From: an uncultured Acidobacteriota bacterium
GTDB taxonomy: Bacteria; Acidobacteriota; JAQAZP01
DNA length: 64,000 nucleotides
Assembly: GCA_963836075.1 (NCBI GenBank)
Contig: CAWIIB010000001.1
Location: 448,001 to 512,000, forward strand
Direction: 5' to 3'
In this document: one piece after another, positions 20,984 to 31,119 of the stretch
Layout: every line of letters starts with the position of its first letter
How positions within the stretch are numbered: position 1 is the first letter of the stretch
The notes under the pieces: generated by a model
What the model saw: only the letters and a program-made list of their open reading frames with translations
What the model was told of the DNA's origin: nothing
Database searches by the model: none
Made by a program: the position numbers and the translations under genes

Positions 20984-22654
20984 CTACCGGGCCAGATGCA
21001 GCAGCAGGGTTACCGGCGGACGGCCCAGGTCCTCCTGGTCCCAGTCGTCGGGCCGGTTGACCAGCACCAGGTCCTGCCGGCCGTCGTTGTTGAGATCGAC
21101 GATACGGAGCCCTCCGAGCTGGTTGGAGCTGAAGGAGATGTCAGAGCCGGTGGACCCCAGTCTCATGGTCACCGTCTCCCCGTCCTCGTCCTGCTCCTCT
21201 GTTCCGGGCCGCTGGTCCAGCACGGCCCAGGGTTTTGAGGAGAAGGGATCCTTGCTGCCGGCCGGGTTCCGGAGGTGGATCCGCACCTTGGAGTCGGCCA
21301 GCAGCACCAGGTCATCCAGGCCGTCCCCGTCCATGTCGCTGTCGGGGAATATGGATTCCCGCCGGGCCGAGTCGAAGCTGATTTTCTGGCCCTTTACCCG
21401 CTCCCCGAACAGGCCCTTGCCCTGCCCGGGGTAGATGTCCACCACCAGTTTGGCGTTGATCAACCCCTTGTAGTAGAAGATGCAGAGGTCGGCCGTCCCG
21501 TCGCCGGTGAGGTCGGTGTGGCGGATCAGCGCCTCCTGCCAGATGTTGATCTGGCTGGTCCACTGCCCTGACGGCTGACGGCCCATGGGGGCTCCGGGCC
21601 CGGTGGAGAGCCAGACCCGCAGTTCCTTTTCCTCGAAGAAACTGCCCCCGCCGCTGGATACCGTACCCTTGCCGCCCGCTGGGTCGTCCATGTTGAAGCT
21701 GGTGCTCAGTGCCGCCAGGTCAGGCGTTCCGTCACCGTTGAGATCGTCCAGCAGGTAATCGGTGACCGATTCCCCCAGGCCGAACTGCAGCTGCTGGACC
21801 TCCTGTTGCAACATACCGTTGTCCGGGGAAAAGCGGTACCAGTCGCACTCCAGCTGGCCCATGCCGTTCAGCGGGCGTGGCTCGAACAGCATTTCCGGCA
21901 GGCCGTCGCCGTCCAGATCGGTGGGCTGCGGCAGTTCGCGGCTGACCCTGACCCGGTTTCCCCGCAGCGACACCTGCGGGCCGCGGGTCAGAAACTGACG
22001 GTACGGGGTGGAGAACGGCGCCCCGGCCGACCCGTCCTTTCCCGCCCGGTTGAAATGGACGTCAAGGCCCATGAATCGGGGGTAGATCAGGTCCTGGCGG
22101 CCATCGCCGTCCAGATCCCACATCAGGTCGGGGCTGCGGTGCAGGGAATCGGTGAGCGGCATGGCCAACAACGGCTCGCAGCCGGCGCCGCTGCCGTCCA
22201 GGGCCTTCTCCAGCGCTTCGAAACCGTCCACCTTCCCGGCCGCAGCCAGCTCGTGCCAGAACTGCCGTCGGCCGGCGGAACGGATCATCACCAGCCGACG
22301 GCCGTCAACGGTGAAGCAGATGTCGGGTACCCCGTCGCCGTCCACATCGGCCAGGTCGATGGAGCCGCAGCCCTCGGGAATGGTGCAGGAGGCCTCCTCA
22401 CGGCGGAACCGGGCGCCATCCTCCTGGAAGAAGAGCACGAAGCGCCGGTCCTCGGCCAGGAAGGCGAAATCGGGCAGCCCGTCCTGGTCCAGATCCTGGA
22501 GGAAGGACTTAAGCACCGGGGCCTCAACGGCAAGGGTGCGGCTCTCAAAGGAGGCCGTGCCGCTCCCGGCCAGGGCCGGTATGGCGGCCGGCAGGGCCAG
22601 GGCCGCGCAGAGGACCAGGACAAGGGCTGGTGATCGTCCAGCTCTCTTCATCAC
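20984..22654 (-). CDS. Secreted FG-GAP/VCBS repeat protein
   Basis: Signal peptide; repeated DLDQDGLPD/DVDGDGVPD/DLDGDGRQD/DLNGDGTPD/DLNNDGRQD motifs. Confidence 0.85.
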   Translation of the reverse strand: MMKRAGRSPALVLVLCAALALPAAIPALAGSGTASFESRTLAVEAPVLKSFLQDLDQDGLPDFAFLAEDRRFVLFFQEDGARFRREEASCTIPEGCGSIDLADVDGDGVPDICFTVDGRRLVMIRSAGRRQFWHELAAAGKVDGFEALEKALDGSGAGCEPLLAMPLTDSLHRSPDLMWDLDGDGRQDLIYPRFMGLDVHFNRAGKDGSAGAPFSTPYRQFLTRGPQVSLRGNRVRVSRELPQPTDLDGDGLPEMLFEPRPLNGMGQLECDWYRFSPDNGMLQQEVQQLQFGLGESVTDYLLDDLNGDGTPDLAALSTSFNMDDPAGGKGTVSSGGGSFFEEKELRVWLSTGPGAPMGRQPSGQWTSQINIWQEALIRHTDLTGDGTADLCIFYYKGLINAKLVVDIYPGQGKGLFGERVKGQKISFDSARRESIFPDSDMDGDGLDDLVLLADSKVRIHLRNPAGSKDPFSSKPWAVLDQRPGTEEQDEDGETVTMRLGSTGSDISFSSNQLGGLRIVDLNNDGRQDLVLVNRPDDWDQEDLGRPPVTLLLHLAR

Positions 22655-24282
22655 TCCTCCCCGCCGGTGCTGGAGGTGTAGATCACCACCCGGAACTGCT
22701 CCTCTTTGCCCAGGCCCGCCTTGAACACCACCACGTCGCTTTTCTGGTCGCCGTTGAGATGGTTGACCAGCAGCAGGTCCGGGTCGCGGGCCTCGCGGGG
22801 CAGGCTGAACGTGAGGTCCGGTTTTTTCGAGTAGGTCCCGTCGCCAGCGGAAAAATGGATTCCCAGGGAAGACCCGCCCTCGAAGCGGATGTAGTCCCTG
22901 ATCCCGTCACCGTTGAAGTCACCGGAGAAGAAGGGGAACTCGGGCATCTCCAGGTCGCGGAAGTTGATGCGGATCTTCTCCTTCACCTCGTGCACCGCGA
23001 TCCCGTGAAAACCGTTGTTCTCGTTCTGCAGGTAGTTCTTGAAAAAGATCTCCAGGGTGATCTTCTGCACCGTGGCCAGCTTGACCAGCTGGAATATCCC
23101 CACGTCGAAAGAGATGCCGAGGATGTCGAGGAGCCCGTCGCCATTGAGGTCGATGAACGAGGGGAGCATCTCGCTGTCTTCGCCGGCATCTGCGGCCACC
23201 ATGCCGCGGATCAGGCTGCGGGAAACCGGGCCGTCCGGAAACTGGAGCTCCGCGTTGCCCGGAAAGAGCTCCACAAAGGTCTTGGGATTCTTTTCCTCGC
23301 GAAAACTATCGTCTTTTTCAAGTGTGTGAAAGACCAGTATGTCGGCGATGCCGTCCCCGGTGATGTCGCCGAAGTGGCGCCCGGCGCGCTCCTCCCCCTC
23401 TCCGGCCTCGGGGAAGGTGATCTTCTGCGGCTCGGCGGTAAAGGACCGTCCCGGCTGCTGGACAAAGACCAGCACGTCGTCCGGCATGTGGAAGAGGATG
23501 TCCAGCAGGCCGTCGCCGTTGCAGTCCTGGGGGGTGGGCACGGGAAACCTGGTGACCAGCCGGTTTCCACCGTAGCTGTGGCTTGAGATTCCGGCCGGGA
23601 GAACCGATTCCGGCCCCGTCGATTGCTCAGTCCCGCCGGCGCTGAGGGGGGCGAAACGGACCAGGGTCTCCCCGTAGCGCTGGAGCACCAGGTCGGACCG
23701 GCCGTCACCGTCCAGGTCGTGAAGAAAGCGCATGCCGCCGAAAAACTGCCGGCAGCCGCTGAATGTCGTGCGGGTCTGCACCAGCCGCGCCCCGTCCTCC
23801 ATCCAGCCGCCGTCCACCCGGTAGCGGACCTCCACACCGTCGTCGTCCAGCAGCAGCAGGTCCTGCAGTCCGTCCCCGTCCAGGTCGGCCAGGTCGAAGG
23901 CGATGTAGCGCTCGTCCAGGGGCAAGGGCTGCCCCAGGAAGGCGAAGGCCCCGCCAGCTTGCTGGACCAGCGCGGCGGCCTTCTTCTCCTTCACCTGGTA
24001 GGCCACCAGCTCGGCGAAGATGGCGTTGCCCCGGGTCACCGTCTCGAAGTGCTGCTTGCCGGCGGAGAGCCCGGTGACCAGCAGCAGGTCGGTGAGCCCG
24101 TCGCCGTTGATGTCGGCCGGCCGGGCAGCGATGAGGCTGCCCGGGAAGCTCCCGTCGTAGGTGGAGTAGGCCCCGGAGTCAGGCCCGGCCCCCAGAAGGG
24201 CTGCGGCCGGGCCGCATAGAAGGAGCAGGGACAACAGGACCACCGGAAGTCCAGGCCTGCGCTGCTGCTTCCCGAAGATCAT
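22651..24282 (-). CDS. Secreted FG-GAP/VCBS repeat protein
   Basis: Signal peptide; DINGDGLTD/DLDGDGLQD/DCNGDGLLD/DITGDGIAD/DFNGDGIRD motifs. Confidence 0.85.
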   Translation of the reverse strand: MIFGKQQRRPGLPVVLLSLLLLCGPAAALLGAGPDSGAYSTYDGSFPGSLIAARPADINGDGLTDLLLVTGLSAGKQHFETVTRGNAIFAELVAYQVKEKKAAALVQQAGGAFAFLGQPLPLDERYIAFDLADLDGDGLQDLLLLDDDGVEVRYRVDGGWMEDGARLVQTRTTFSGCRQFFGGMRFLHDLDGDGRSDLVLQRYGETLVRFAPLSAGGTEQSTGPESVLPAGISSHSYGGNRLVTRFPVPTPQDCNGDGLLDILFHMPDDVLVFVQQPGRSFTAEPQKITFPEAGEGEERAGRHFGDITGDGIADILVFHTLEKDDSFREEKNPKTFVELFPGNAELQFPDGPVSRSLIRGMVAADAGEDSEMLPSFIDLNGDGLLDILGISFDVGIFQLVKLATVQKITLEIFFKNYLQNENNGFHGIAVHEVKEKIRINFRDLEMPEFPFFSGDFNGDGIRDYIRFEGGSSLGIHFSAGDGTYSKKPDLTFSLPREARDPDLLLVNHLNGDQKSDVVVFKAGLGKEEQFRVVIYTSSTGGEE

Positions 24283-24283
24283 C

Positions 24284-26839
24284 TCACCACCAGATGACGA
24301 GACCCAGCTCAAAGGGGTTGTTCAGCCCGATGCGGTACGGCAGCACCCGGATGGAGAAGCCATTCTGCCCGCTCTGGCGGCAGGGCACCGTGCCGCTGAA
24401 GCTGGAGACCCCGCTCCCCTGGTCGACGCTCTCGAAGGTCAGTGGCGACGGCTCGCCATCGGCAATGTTCCCCGTGGCGTCCAGCTTGCCGTGGAGCATC
24501 TCCACCTGCACATCCTCCGGACTGACCCGGCCCAGACGGAGGCGCAGGCGCACCGGGATATCCTGCCCCACGCTGAACTCCCGCGAGGTGTCGGTCTCCA
24601 CCCCGTCCACCACCACGTCCTTCCAGAGGTCGACGATGTTGCGGCGCCAGAGGGTCAGCTGCTTGACTTCGGCCATGTTGTTGGCAGTGAGCCAGTTCCA
24701 CTGCAGCAGCGAAGGCTGGTAGAAGCGTTCGGTGTAATGCTCGATCATCCGGTTGGTGTTGAACTCGGGTCCCACGGTCATCATCGAGGCCTTCATGGTC
24801 TTGATCCACTCCCGGGGCAAACCGTCACTCCCCCGGTCGTAGAACAGCGGCACCACTTCGCGCTCCAGCAGGTCGTAGAGCGCCTGGCTCTCCACCTCGT
24901 CCTGGTAGTGGTGGTCTTCGTATTCCTCGCCGCTGCCGATGGCCCAGCCGTTGCTGCCGTTGAACCCCTCGCACCACCAGCCGTCGAGGACGCTGAGGTT
25001 GATCCCGCCGTTGGGCGGCACCTTCATCCCGCTGGTGCCGCTGGCCTCCAGCGGCCGGCGGGGGTTGTTCAGCCAGACGTCCACCCCCTGGACCAGGTAG
25101 CGGGCCACCATGATGTCGTAGTCCTCGATAAAGACAATGCGGCGCCGGAAATCCTCCCGCTGGAGCATGTGGATCACCTGGCGGATAAACTCCTTGCCCT
25201 CGTTGTCCCGCGGGTGGGCCTTGCCGGCAAAGATGAACTGCACCGGCCGGTCCGGGTCGCCCAGCAGACGGGCCAGGCGCTCGCGGTCCCGCAGCAGCAG
25301 GGTGGCCCGCTTGTACGAGGCGAAGCGCCGGGCAAAACCGATGGTCAGGGCTTCGGGGTCCAGGGTCTCTTCGGCCTCCAGCACCCAGGTGCGGTGCACG
25401 CCCCGCCGTTCCAGCTGGTTGCGCAGCCGGCGGCGGGCAAAGCCCACCAGCCGCTCGCGCAGCCGTTCGTGGCTGCGCCACAGCTCGGAGTCGGGGATGT
25501 TGGCCACCCGGTTCCAGACCTCGTTGTTCTCCGGTTCGATGTGCCACTGCGGTCCGAGATAGCGGTCGTAGAGCCGCGAGATCTCAGAAGAGAGCCAGCT
25601 GCGGGTGTGAATGCCGTTGGTGATGTGGATGATCGGCACCTCGTCGAGGTGGATCTCGGGCCAGATGCCGTGCCACATCTTGCGCGACACCTGGCCGTGC
25701 AGTTCGCTGACCCCGTTGGCGTGGGCCGAAAGCCGCAGGGCGAGCACCGGCATGCTGAACGGTTCCGCGGCATCCCCGGGACGCTGCCGTCCCAGATTGA
25801 GCAGTTCGTCGGTGGTGATCCCCGCCTCCTTGCTGAACCAGGAGAAATAGCGGGTGATCATGTCGGTGGGGAATACATCGTTGCCGGCTGGCACCGGGGT
25901 GTGGGTGGTGAAAATGTTCGACGCCGCCACCAGGATCCGCGCCTCGTCAAAGGGCAGCCCGTCGTTCTGCATCAGCATCCGGATCCGTTCCAGGGCCAGA
26001 AACGCCGAGTGTCCTTCGTTCATGTGACAGACCGTTGGGGCCAGGCCCAGTTCGACCAGCGCCCGGATACCCCCCACCCCCAGCAGCACCTCCTGGCGGA
26101 TCCGGGTTTCCTGGTCGCCGCCGTAGAGCTGGGCCGTGATCTCCCGGCCGGCGGGACTGTTGCGCTCGATGTTGGTGTCGAGCATGACGAGGTGGGTACG
26201 CCCCACATTGATCCGCCAGATCTGGGCCGCCACCGTCCCCTCGGGATAGGGGACTTCGATCTCCACCGGGCTCCCGTCATCCCTCCGGACCAGGGTCAGC
26301 GGCATGTTGTAGAAATCGTTCTCCTCGTAGACCTCCTTCTGCCAGCCGTCGCGGTTGAGGAACTGCCGGAAATAGCCGTGACGGTAGCAGAGTCCCACAC
26401 CGATCAGCGGCAGGCCCAGCTCGCTTGCCGATTTCATGTGGTCGCCGGCCAGGATACCCAGGCCCCCGGAGTAGAGGGGCAACGATTCGTGAAGGCCGAA
26501 CTCCAGGGAAAAGTAGCCGATACGGCCGCGGCTGGTGCCATGGACCCGGTCATACCAGGTCTTGTAATCCATGTAACGGTTCAGCGCCGCGTGGGCCCGG
26601 TCCATGTGCGAGAGAAAGACCTCGTCGGTGGACAGGGCCTGCATGCGCTCCGGGGCGATATTGCCCAGCAGCAGCACCGGGTTGTGGCGGAACTCGTCCC
26701 ACGCCTCGGTGTCCACCCGGCGGAACAGCTCGATGGCTTCCGGGTTCCAGCTCCACCAGAGGTTGTAGGCGATCTCCAGCAGCGGCTGAAGCCGCTCGGG
26801 AAGGCTGGGCACCACGGTGTACTTGAATATTTTCCTCAT
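24284..26839 (-). CDS. glgP: Alpha-glucan (glycogen) phosphorylase
   Basis: YNLWWSW, YSGGLGILAGDH, HMNEGH, FARRFASYKRA, AGKAHP, EASGTSGMK (PLP lysine). Confidence 0.95.
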   Translation of the reverse strand: MRKIFKYTVVPSLPERLQPLLEIAYNLWWSWNPEAIELFRRVDTEAWDEFRHNPVLLLGNIAPERMQALSTDEVFLSHMDRAHAALNRYMDYKTWYDRVHGTSRGRIGYFSLEFGLHESLPLYSGGLGILAGDHMKSASELGLPLIGVGLCYRHGYFRQFLNRDGWQKEVYEENDFYNMPLTLVRRDDGSPVEIEVPYPEGTVAAQIWRINVGRTHLVMLDTNIERNSPAGREITAQLYGGDQETRIRQEVLLGVGGIRALVELGLAPTVCHMNEGHSAFLALERIRMLMQNDGLPFDEARILVAASNIFTTHTPVPAGNDVFPTDMITRYFSWFSKEAGITTDELLNLGRQRPGDAAEPFSMPVLALRLSAHANGVSELHGQVSRKMWHGIWPEIHLDEVPIIHITNGIHTRSWLSSEISRLYDRYLGPQWHIEPENNEVWNRVANIPDSELWRSHERLRERLVGFARRRLRNQLERRGVHRTWVLEAEETLDPEALTIGFARRFASYKRATLLLRDRERLARLLGDPDRPVQFIFAGKAHPRDNEGKEFIRQVIHMLQREDFRRRIVFIEDYDIMVARYLVQGVDVWLNNPRRPLEASGTSGMKVPPNGGINLSVLDGWWCEGFNGSNGWAIGSGEEYEDHHYQDEVESQALYDLLEREVVPLFYDRGSDGLPREWIKTMKASMMTVGPEFNTNRMIEHYTERFYQPSLLQWNWLTANNMAEVKQLTLWRRNIVDLWKDVVVDGVETDTSREFSVGQDIPVRLRLRLGRVSPEDVQVEMLHGKLDATGNIADGEPSPLTFESVDQGSGVSSFSGTVPCRQSGQNGFSIRVLPYRIGLNNPFELGLVIWW

Positions 26840-26886
26840 CGACTCTGCTACCCCACTGAAGTCGCCCGGTCACTCCGGGCGACGGA

Positions 26887-27942
26887 TCATGGCTCCGCTG
26901 GAACGCTGAGCGCTTCTTCTTCGCCGCCGAGGACCCGGAGGACCCCCTCGGCCAGCGCGGTCATCTCAAAACTGCCGGGAAAGACGTGCACCGGCGCCAG
27001 CCAGCCCACCCGCCGCTCCACCCCGCTGGTCAGGCGCCGCCAGCGGGCCAGCCCGCCGGTGAGACCGATGGCCTCCGGCCGGCCGCCGAGGGACACGGTC
27101 TGGGCGGCGATTTCACGGGCCACGCGGTATTCAAAGGCCCGGTAGAGCAGTTCGGCCTGCTGGTCGCCGCCGGTAATGCGGTCTTCGATCTCCAGCGCGT
27201 CGGTGGTGCCGAACAGGGAGACGAACCCGCCCTGCCGCGTCACCTGCCGGTAGAACTGGTCATCCGGCATATCCCGCAGGTGGCGCACCGCGTCCACCAC
27301 CATCAGCTGTCCGGCCCGGGTGGGAGCGAAGGGCCCCTCCCCTTCCAGGCCGTTGTTCACTTCCGGCACCCGGCCCCGGCGGTGGGCGGCCACCGATATC
27401 CCGCTGCCCAGGTGGGCCACCACCAGCAGGCACTGGTTGTACGGCTTGCCCAGAACAGCGGCCAGCCGCCGCCCCACCGCCCCGTGGTTCAGGGCGTGGT
27501 AGGCGGTGCGCCGGCGGATCTCACGGAGCCCGGTGACCCGCACCTCCTCGTCCAGGTCATCACAGCAGACCGGGTCCACCACCATGGCCGGGCAGGGCAC
27601 CAGCTGCGCGATGGCCGCGGCGGCCAGGCCGCCGAGATTCGAGGCGTGGCGGCCATAGCGGCTGGTGCGCAGGTTGTCCAGCACCGTCTCGTCCACCAGC
27701 CAGGTGCCGGTGTGCACCGGGCCGATAAAGCCGCCCCGCCCCACCACGGCGCTGAGCTGGGCCAGTTCAACGTCCTGCGAGGCCAGCAGTTCCCGGCTGT
27801 GGCGCACCACCTCCTCCGAGCCGCCGCTGAACGGTTCCTCGGTCTCCACCAGCCGGGTATGCCCGCGGAAGAGGGCCAGTTTCAATGAAACGGCCCCGGG
27901 GTTGATGGCCAGGACCAGGGCCTGCGAGGTGTCAGTGGTCAT
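26887..27942 (-). CDS. buk: Butyrate kinase family protein (divergent)
   Basis: INPG..S.K, VVGRGG, HASNLG, VDPV, HALN, AHLGSGISV, EGPF, LTGGLA. Confidence 0.8.
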   Translation of the reverse strand: MTTDTSQALVLAINPGAVSLKLALFRGHTRLVETEEPFSGGSEEVVRHSRELLASQDVELAQLSAVVGRGGFIGPVHTGTWLVDETVLDNLRTSRYGRHASNLGGLAAAAIAQLVPCPAMVVDPVCCDDLDEEVRVTGLREIRRRTAYHALNHGAVGRRLAAVLGKPYNQCLLVVAHLGSGISVAAHRRGRVPEVNNGLEGEGPFAPTRAGQLMVVDAVRHLRDMPDDQFYRQVTRQGGFVSLFGTTDALEIEDRITGGDQQAELLYRAFEYRVAREIAAQTVSLGGRPEAIGLTGGLARWRRLTSGVERRVGWLAPVHVFPGSFEMTALAEGVLRVLGGEEEALSVPAEP

Positions 27943-28873
27943 GGCCCCCCCTGCTGAGATAGGAGGCCAGGGCGATGCAGAAGAGCTTGGTCATCGGCGA
28001 GTCGGCCCGCGAGGGCACCACCAGCGGGCAGCGGGCGCCCACCACCACCCCGGCCATCTCGTCGCCGTGGAGCGAGGTCAGCGCCTTGTAAAAGATGTTG
28101 CCGCTTTCGATGTTGGGCAGGACCAGCACATCGGCCTGCCCGGCCACCGGCCCGCCGATGCCCTTGGCCGCGGCCTTGGCCGGCGACACGGCGTTGTCCA
28201 GGGCCAGCGGGCCGTCCACGTAGCAGGGCTGCTTGAGCAGACCGCCGGCAGCGTAACGCTTGATCAGCTCGCCGTGCAGGGTGGCCGGCATGGCCGGCAG
28301 CTGCACATTTTCAACCGCGGCCAGGATGGCCACCCGGGGCTTGGCAATGCCCAGGGCGATGGCCACCTCCACCGCGTTCTCCAGGATCTCGATCTTTCGC
28401 GCCACGTTGGGGTTGACGTTGACCCCGGCATCGGTCATCAGGATCAGACGGTGCTCCTGGGGATGCTCGAAGACGGTGACGTGGCTCAGCAGCCGGTTGG
28501 AGCTGAGGCCCCACTGCTTGTCCAGCACGGTGCGCAGCAGTTTGGAAGTCTGCACCAGACCCTTCATCATGAAGTCGGCCCGGTGGTCGTGGAGCATCTG
28601 CACCGCTTGGGTGATGTGGTTTTCCTGCTCCACGTCCTCGATGGTGCAGGCGGTGAGATCGAGGCCGGCCTCGTCGGCCTGCTGCTCGATGATCTCCCGC
28701 GAGCCGATGAGGATCGGCAGGGCCACCCGGTGCTGCACCGCCATGGCCACCGCCCGCAGAGTCATGGAGTCGTGGGGCGCGGCCACCGCCATGCGCATGG
28801 GCGGCGCGGCCTTCTCGTATTTCAGGATCTCTTCCAGAGAGAAAAAATTCGGTGCGGTTCCGGCGCTGTCCAC
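27932..28873 (-). CDS. ptb: Phosphate butyryl/acyltransferase
   Basis: MMKGLVQT, LLSHV, MTDAGVN, VDGPLALDNAVS, PNIESGNIFYK, VPSRADS. Confidence 0.85.
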   Translation of the reverse strand: MDSAGTAPNFFSLEEILKYEKAAPPMRMAVAAPHDSMTLRAVAMAVQHRVALPILIGSREIIEQQADEAGLDLTACTIEDVEQENHITQAVQMLHDHRADFMMKGLVQTSKLLRTVLDKQWGLSSNRLLSHVTVFEHPQEHRLILMTDAGVNVNPNVARKIEILENAVEVAIALGIAKPRVAILAAVENVQLPAMPATLHGELIKRYAAGGLLKQPCYVDGPLALDNAVSPAKAAAKGIGGPVAGQADVLVLPNIESGNIFYKALTSLHGDEMAGVVVGARCPLVVPSRADSPMTKLFCIALASYLSRGGHDH

Positions 28874-28927
28874 TGTCTCTTCACCTCCAGCCCGTCGTTG
28901 GTGTTGCCGTTCGCCTGATGTCGTCGC

Positions 28928-29431
28928 TCAATCCTTCATGGATCCGGCGGGCGGGGCTTCGCGGTTGGTGACGGCGATCATTCCGGACCGGGCCAGCTGG
29001 ACGATGCCCAGCGGGCGCAGCGCGCGGATAAGCCCGTCGATGCGCTGGGCGATGGAGACGTGGGCCAGGGTCAGGGTGGTCTTGTTCACCGCGATCACCT
29101 CGGCCCTGAACATCTCCGCCGTCTGCATGATCTTGGGGATGTTTTCCGGGGTGGCCCGCACCTTGAGCAGCAGCAGTTCCCGGGCGGTGAGCTCGTCGGC
29201 GGAGAGGTCCTGGATGGCAGTGACCGCCTCCACCTCTCCGGCCACCTTGGCGATCTCGTCCAGCTGGCTCTCCTCGGCCTCAACCACGATGGTCATCCGG
29301 CTTACTTCGCTCTCTTCCCGCTCGGACACGGCCAGGCTGTAGATGTTGATGCCCTTCTCGAAGAAAGCGCCGGTGAGGTCGGCAAGGGCGCCCGGCTGGT
29401 TCTTCACCAGGCAGGTCACGGTGTGCTTCAT
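28928..29431 (-). CDS. IlvN/IlvH-like ACT-domain protein (acetolactate synthase small subunit family), divergent
   Basis: MKHT...NQPGAL..GINIYSLAV..SRMTIVV..RELLLLKV..FRAEV..GIVQLARSG; GGAG SD. Confidence 0.75.
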   Translation of the reverse strand: MKHTVTCLVKNQPGALADLTGAFFEKGINIYSLAVSEREESEVSRMTIVVEAEESQLDEIAKVAGEVEAVTAIQDLSADELTARELLLLKVRATPENIPKIMQTAEMFRAEVIAVNKTTLTLAHVSIAQRIDGLIRALRPLGIVQLARSGMIAVTNREAPPAGSMKD

Positions 29432-29595
29432 CGGTCTCCTCGCTGCCGCAGCGGGCACGACATCCTGCCGCGTCTCCGCCGGGTGAAACATTGAACTTCC
29501 GGTTGCCATACCGCGCCATTATACAACAAGGGCCGGGGACCCGGGCAACGGTGGACACGGACTGCAGCGTGAAAAACAGGGTCGGCCCGGGAGGC

Positions 29596-31092
29596 TCATT
29601 GCGGTCCGTTGAACTCTTGCGGTTCGATGAAGAAGTGCTCGGGAAGCTGGTGGGAGAAGGTGGCGGCCAGCGATTCGCAGACCTCGCGGACCTCCACCCC
29701 GTATTTCTCGCCCATGGCGAGGATCATCAGCGAACGGTCCTCCACATACTCGGCCAGGGACGGGGCCTCCGGATCCTCTTCCTCTCCCCCGGCAATCGCC
29801 CCGAGCAGGGCGCGCGCAACATCCTGCTGGCCGCCCTCCTCCGCGGAGAGGAAATAGGCCAGCACCGGCAGCAGCCGCTCCAGCGAGCGGAGCCAGTTGC
29901 GCACCCCGGTTTCGTTGAAGGGGTCCTGCCCCTTGGCTGCGTCGGGAAAACGGAAGTGAAACCGGCCGCCGGCCCAGCGCAGGGTCTCGGTATCGTTGAA
30001 GGCTGAACAGATAATGGACAGGGCGTCGTTCACCGAACCGCTCTCCACCTGGTCCCCGGGCACCACCAGTTCCACCTCCTCGAGACTGGTGTCCAGCAGG
30101 TCCTGGGGAATCTCGTCGGTCACACTGTCCGCCGGTCCATCACCGACGCTGTCCAGGAGCTCACGGTCCTTCCGCTGTTCCAGTTCCTCGGCCAGGTTTC
30201 GTGGCGGTGCTGTCTTTCCGGCCGTTTCGGGCACTGCCGCGCTGCCGGCACGAAATTTCCGGCCATCGGCGGAGAACCAGCGGCCCGAATAACTGGTCAG
30301 GGCCACCCCCTTTTCCCGCCAGCCCAGGGCCGCGGTATCCGCCCGGTGCTGGCCCGGATTCAGCAGAACCAGAGCCTCCCTGTCGGCGGCATGCCGGGTC
30401 AGCCCGGCCAGGTCGTCCACGTTGCGGCGCTTGACCGTGGCCGGATCGATACCCCGCTCGCTGACAAACTGTTCGAGAAACTCGAAACGGGAGAAGATCG
30501 GCAGGTAGAGCTGCCCGCTGAGGGCACCGGCCTTCCCCGGTGCGGCGCCCTCCGAGGCGTCGATCAGTGGCAGCTCACCGCTGGCCACGTCGCTCCAGGT
30601 CATGGGCGTCCAGTCGTCCTGGTACCCGCGGAAGGGAATCTGGCCGATCATGCCGCCGATCAGGCTGTCGAACAGCTTCTGATCCTGAACCGGGGTGATG
30701 CCCTCCATCGCCACCGATACGTCCCAGGTGCCGTCGTCCAGCAACAGCTCGAAATGGCTGAACCCGCCCTCGTGATTCTGCAGCGAACGGAGGAAGGCCG
30801 GGGTGCCGTCCTCCCGCCGGCAGAAGATCACCGGCACCAGGTCGTTGAGCACCGCCCCGGCGAAGCCGATGGAGGCCATGCGGCGCAGGAAACCAACGAT
30901 GTCGGCGGTGTCACCCAGGTCGATATCGTAGCCGTAGAGCCGGGCTTTTTCCGCCGCGGCGGCCACCGCCAGTTCATGGTCGTTGTAGATGAACAGACAG
31001 AGGCCTTCCCGGCGAAACCAGGGGGCGCAGAAGACAACGTGCTCACCCGATTCCAGGTAGTGATAGACCACCGATGTGCGTTCCCCGGACAT
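29596..31092 (-). CDS. Hypothetical protein, possibly with SseB-like domains and an acidic C-terminal region
   Basis: Long ORF with good codon bias directly after ackA; LYLPIFS...LVLLNPG segment resembles the SseB-N fold. Confidence 0.6.
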   Translation of the reverse strand: MSGERTSVVYHYLESGEHVVFCAPWFRREGLCLFIYNDHELAVAAAAEKARLYGYDIDLGDTADIVGFLRRMASIGFAGAVLNDLVPVIFCRREDGTPAFLRSLQNHEGGFSHFELLLDDGTWDVSVAMEGITPVQDQKLFDSLIGGMIGQIPFRGYQDDWTPMTWSDVASGELPLIDASEGAAPGKAGALSGQLYLPIFSRFEFLEQFVSERGIDPATVKRRNVDDLAGLTRHAADREALVLLNPGQHRADTAALGWREKGVALTSYSGRWFSADGRKFRAGSAAVPETAGKTAPPRNLAEELEQRKDRELLDSVGDGPADSVTDEIPQDLLDTSLEEVELVVPGDQVESGSVNDALSIICSAFNDTETLRWAGGRFHFRFPDAAKGQDPFNETGVRNWLRSLERLLPVLAYFLSAEEGGQQDVARALLGAIAGGEEEDPEAPSLAEYVEDRSLMILAMGEKYGVEVREVCESLAATFSHQLPEHFFIEPQEFNGPQ

Positions 31093-31119
31093 GAGACTCA
31101 CTCCACTGTGCTGCGACAA

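Noticed and set aside
24491-27145. Long antisense ORFs (884 aa here; also 39330-42113, 41711-43549, 11619-13283, 2237-3883 and others)
   Set aside because: Shadow frames opposite well-supported genes, expected in high-GC DNA; no recognisable motifs
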